From IMG/VR virus record IMGVR_UViG_3300014169_000008, positions 1 to 55,297 of that record: a stretch of DNA of 55,297 nucleotides. One strand, written 5' to 3'. Source of the stretch: a virus. Lineage: Duplodnaviria > Caudoviricetes. Within the stretch, counting starts at the first letter, position 1, and the number at the start of each line of letters is the position of its first letter. The translations under genes were made by a program, and so were the position numbers. The notes beneath the pieces were generated by a model. It did no database searches. It saw only the letters and a program-made list of their open reading frames with translations, and had not been told where the DNA came from. This document shows positions 54,368 through 55,297 of the stretch, in pieces.

Positions 54368-55297
54368 TTAAGTGCGTAAGAAGGGGATATAACTTTCCGG
54401 CTCCCCAAGACCCGGACGCCAACCGTTACCTCCGGCATTGGCCTTTAACGCTGTATCAAACATTTTATCATTAACGGACTCGGCAAACCAGCGTCCTGTG
54501 CCGCAACGATACTTAAGAAACCATTGACCCGGCGCATCAGGAAGATCGACTTGAATGAGCGTACCGATATGCGGCTCATCCTCATCGATAACTTTCGGAT
54601 TTAAGCTTTTGTGCTCAAGCACATTTGTCCAGCCTACGATCTCGCAAGCCGCGCGCCGCTCTTCGACATTTTCCCAACGTAATGCAATCTCAGGCGTGAG
54701 CTTGGCTTTATCCATGATCCAATCGCCCGGTACTTTTACGCCATGCCAGTGGTGGAGCCCCCACCCGGAACTATAACCGAGGGATTGCGTCTTTTCGGAA
54801 TGTAAACGGCCTTGATCGTCACGGTTGATATGAGTCGGGCGCTCACTGGCAAAACATACATCGTCCAGCGTCCAATAATATCCGCAATTCTCAATGAGGT
54901 CTAAATAGTTTCGACCAATCGAAACGCCTAGCACCTCATTAAAATAATCTGCCCAGGCAGAATATCCAGCCCAAATAGAGCCGCCAAAATAAGAGTACCC
55001 GGCGCTGCGAACGGCGCTGCCAACGGCGCTGCCAACGGCGCTGCGAACGGCGCTGCGAACGGCGCTGTCAACGGCGCTGCCAACGGCGCTGCGAACGGCG
55101 CTGTCAACGGCGCTGCCAACGGCGCTGCCAACGGCGCTGTGAACGGCGCTGTGAACGGCGCGGTGAACGGCGCTGCCAACGGCGCTGCGAACGGCGCTGT
55201 GAACGGCGCTGTGAACGGCGCTGTGAACGGCGCTGTGAACGGCGCTGTGAACGGCGCTGCGAACGGCGCTGCCAACGGCGCTGACAACGGCGCTGCG
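54368..55297 (-). CDS. DUF6745-like protein with N-terminal X-Ser-Ala-Val repeats (5' end outside window)
   Basis: Frame open from 55297 (RSAVVSAVGSAV...) through RSAGYSYFGGSIWAGY into CGYYW...SERP...GRLH...GWGLHHWHGV. Confidence 0.8.
   Translation of the reverse strand, partial: RSAVVSAVGSAVRSAVHSAVHSAVHSAVHSAVHSAVRSAVGSAVHRAVHSAVHSAVGSAVGSAVDSAVRSAVGSAVDSAVRSAVRSAVGSAVGSAVRSAGYSYFGGSIWAGYSAWADYFNEVLGVSIGRNYLDLIENCGYYWTLDDVCFASERPTHINRDDQGRLHSEKTQSLGYSSGWGLHHWHGVKVPGDWIMDKAKLTPEIALRWENVEERRAACEIVGWTNVLEHKSLNPKVIDEDEPHIGTLIQVDLPDAPGQWFLKYRCGTGRWFAESVNDKMFDTALKANAGGNGWRPGLGEPESYIPFLRT
55001..55297. repeat. 12-bp tandem repeat, 24 full units plus one partial (GGCGCTGnnAAC)
   Basis: Counted directly; only the 2 nt of one codon vary, plus one T>G variant in unit 55157-55168. 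Confidence 0.97.

Noticed and set aside
54928-55287. ORF-track protein MSAPLAAPFAAPFT...
   Set aside because: Wrong frame of the repeat; the xSAV frame is open from the window edge and continuous with the DUF6745-like domain
55001-55297. CRISPR array or DGR variable region
   Set aside because: Units are 12 bp with no unique spacers and lie in a coding frame. NNC variation resembles DGR AAC mutagenesis, but the A of AGC is almost invariant, no AAC codon remains, and no reverse transcriptase or template repeat is in the window
1-55297. Alternative genetic code or stop-codon reassignment
   Set aside because: Conserved genes are intact in code 11, and TAA, TGA and TAG all end genes

Overview
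The window is most of a tailed dsDNA bacteriophage genome. It is probably a short-tailed (podovirus-like) phage of an Alphaproteobacterium: it encodes a GapR/DUF2312 homologue and an SleB-type lysin, and it has no tape measure or tail sheath but does have P22-like ejection proteins. Terminase, portal and integrase are not in the window. The + strand from about 1 to 32 kb is the late region: GroES, two glycosyltransferases, scaffold, RyR-domain protein, major capsid, adaptors and nozzle, fibre proteins, GNAT plus ejection proteins, and a lysis block with a lipase and a cell-wall hydrolase. The - strand from about 32 to 49 kb holds an APSE/SPO2-type replication module (SNF2 helicase, VRR-NUC, family A DNA polymerase, DUF2815 SSB, DUF2800 nuclease), followed by a divergent AlpA-type HTH and primase-helicase. 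The right end carries tRNA-Gln(TTG), a PF10127-type nucleotidyltransferase and a DUF6745-like gene with a variable 12-bp repeat in which the window ends. Six free-standing homing endonuclease genes are scattered throughout. The most striking observations are: (1) three fibre or fibre-associated virion proteins carry apparent Sec signal peptides and paired cysteines, suggesting periplasmic fibre biogenesis; (2) a non-canonical tRNA-like RNA nested in a long stem between ssb and gapR; (3) a recurring xxxGG motif in putative internal and ejected proteins; (4) an X-Ser-Ala-Val repeat with one variable residue per unit. All family assignments are from motif recognition by eye, not database searches.
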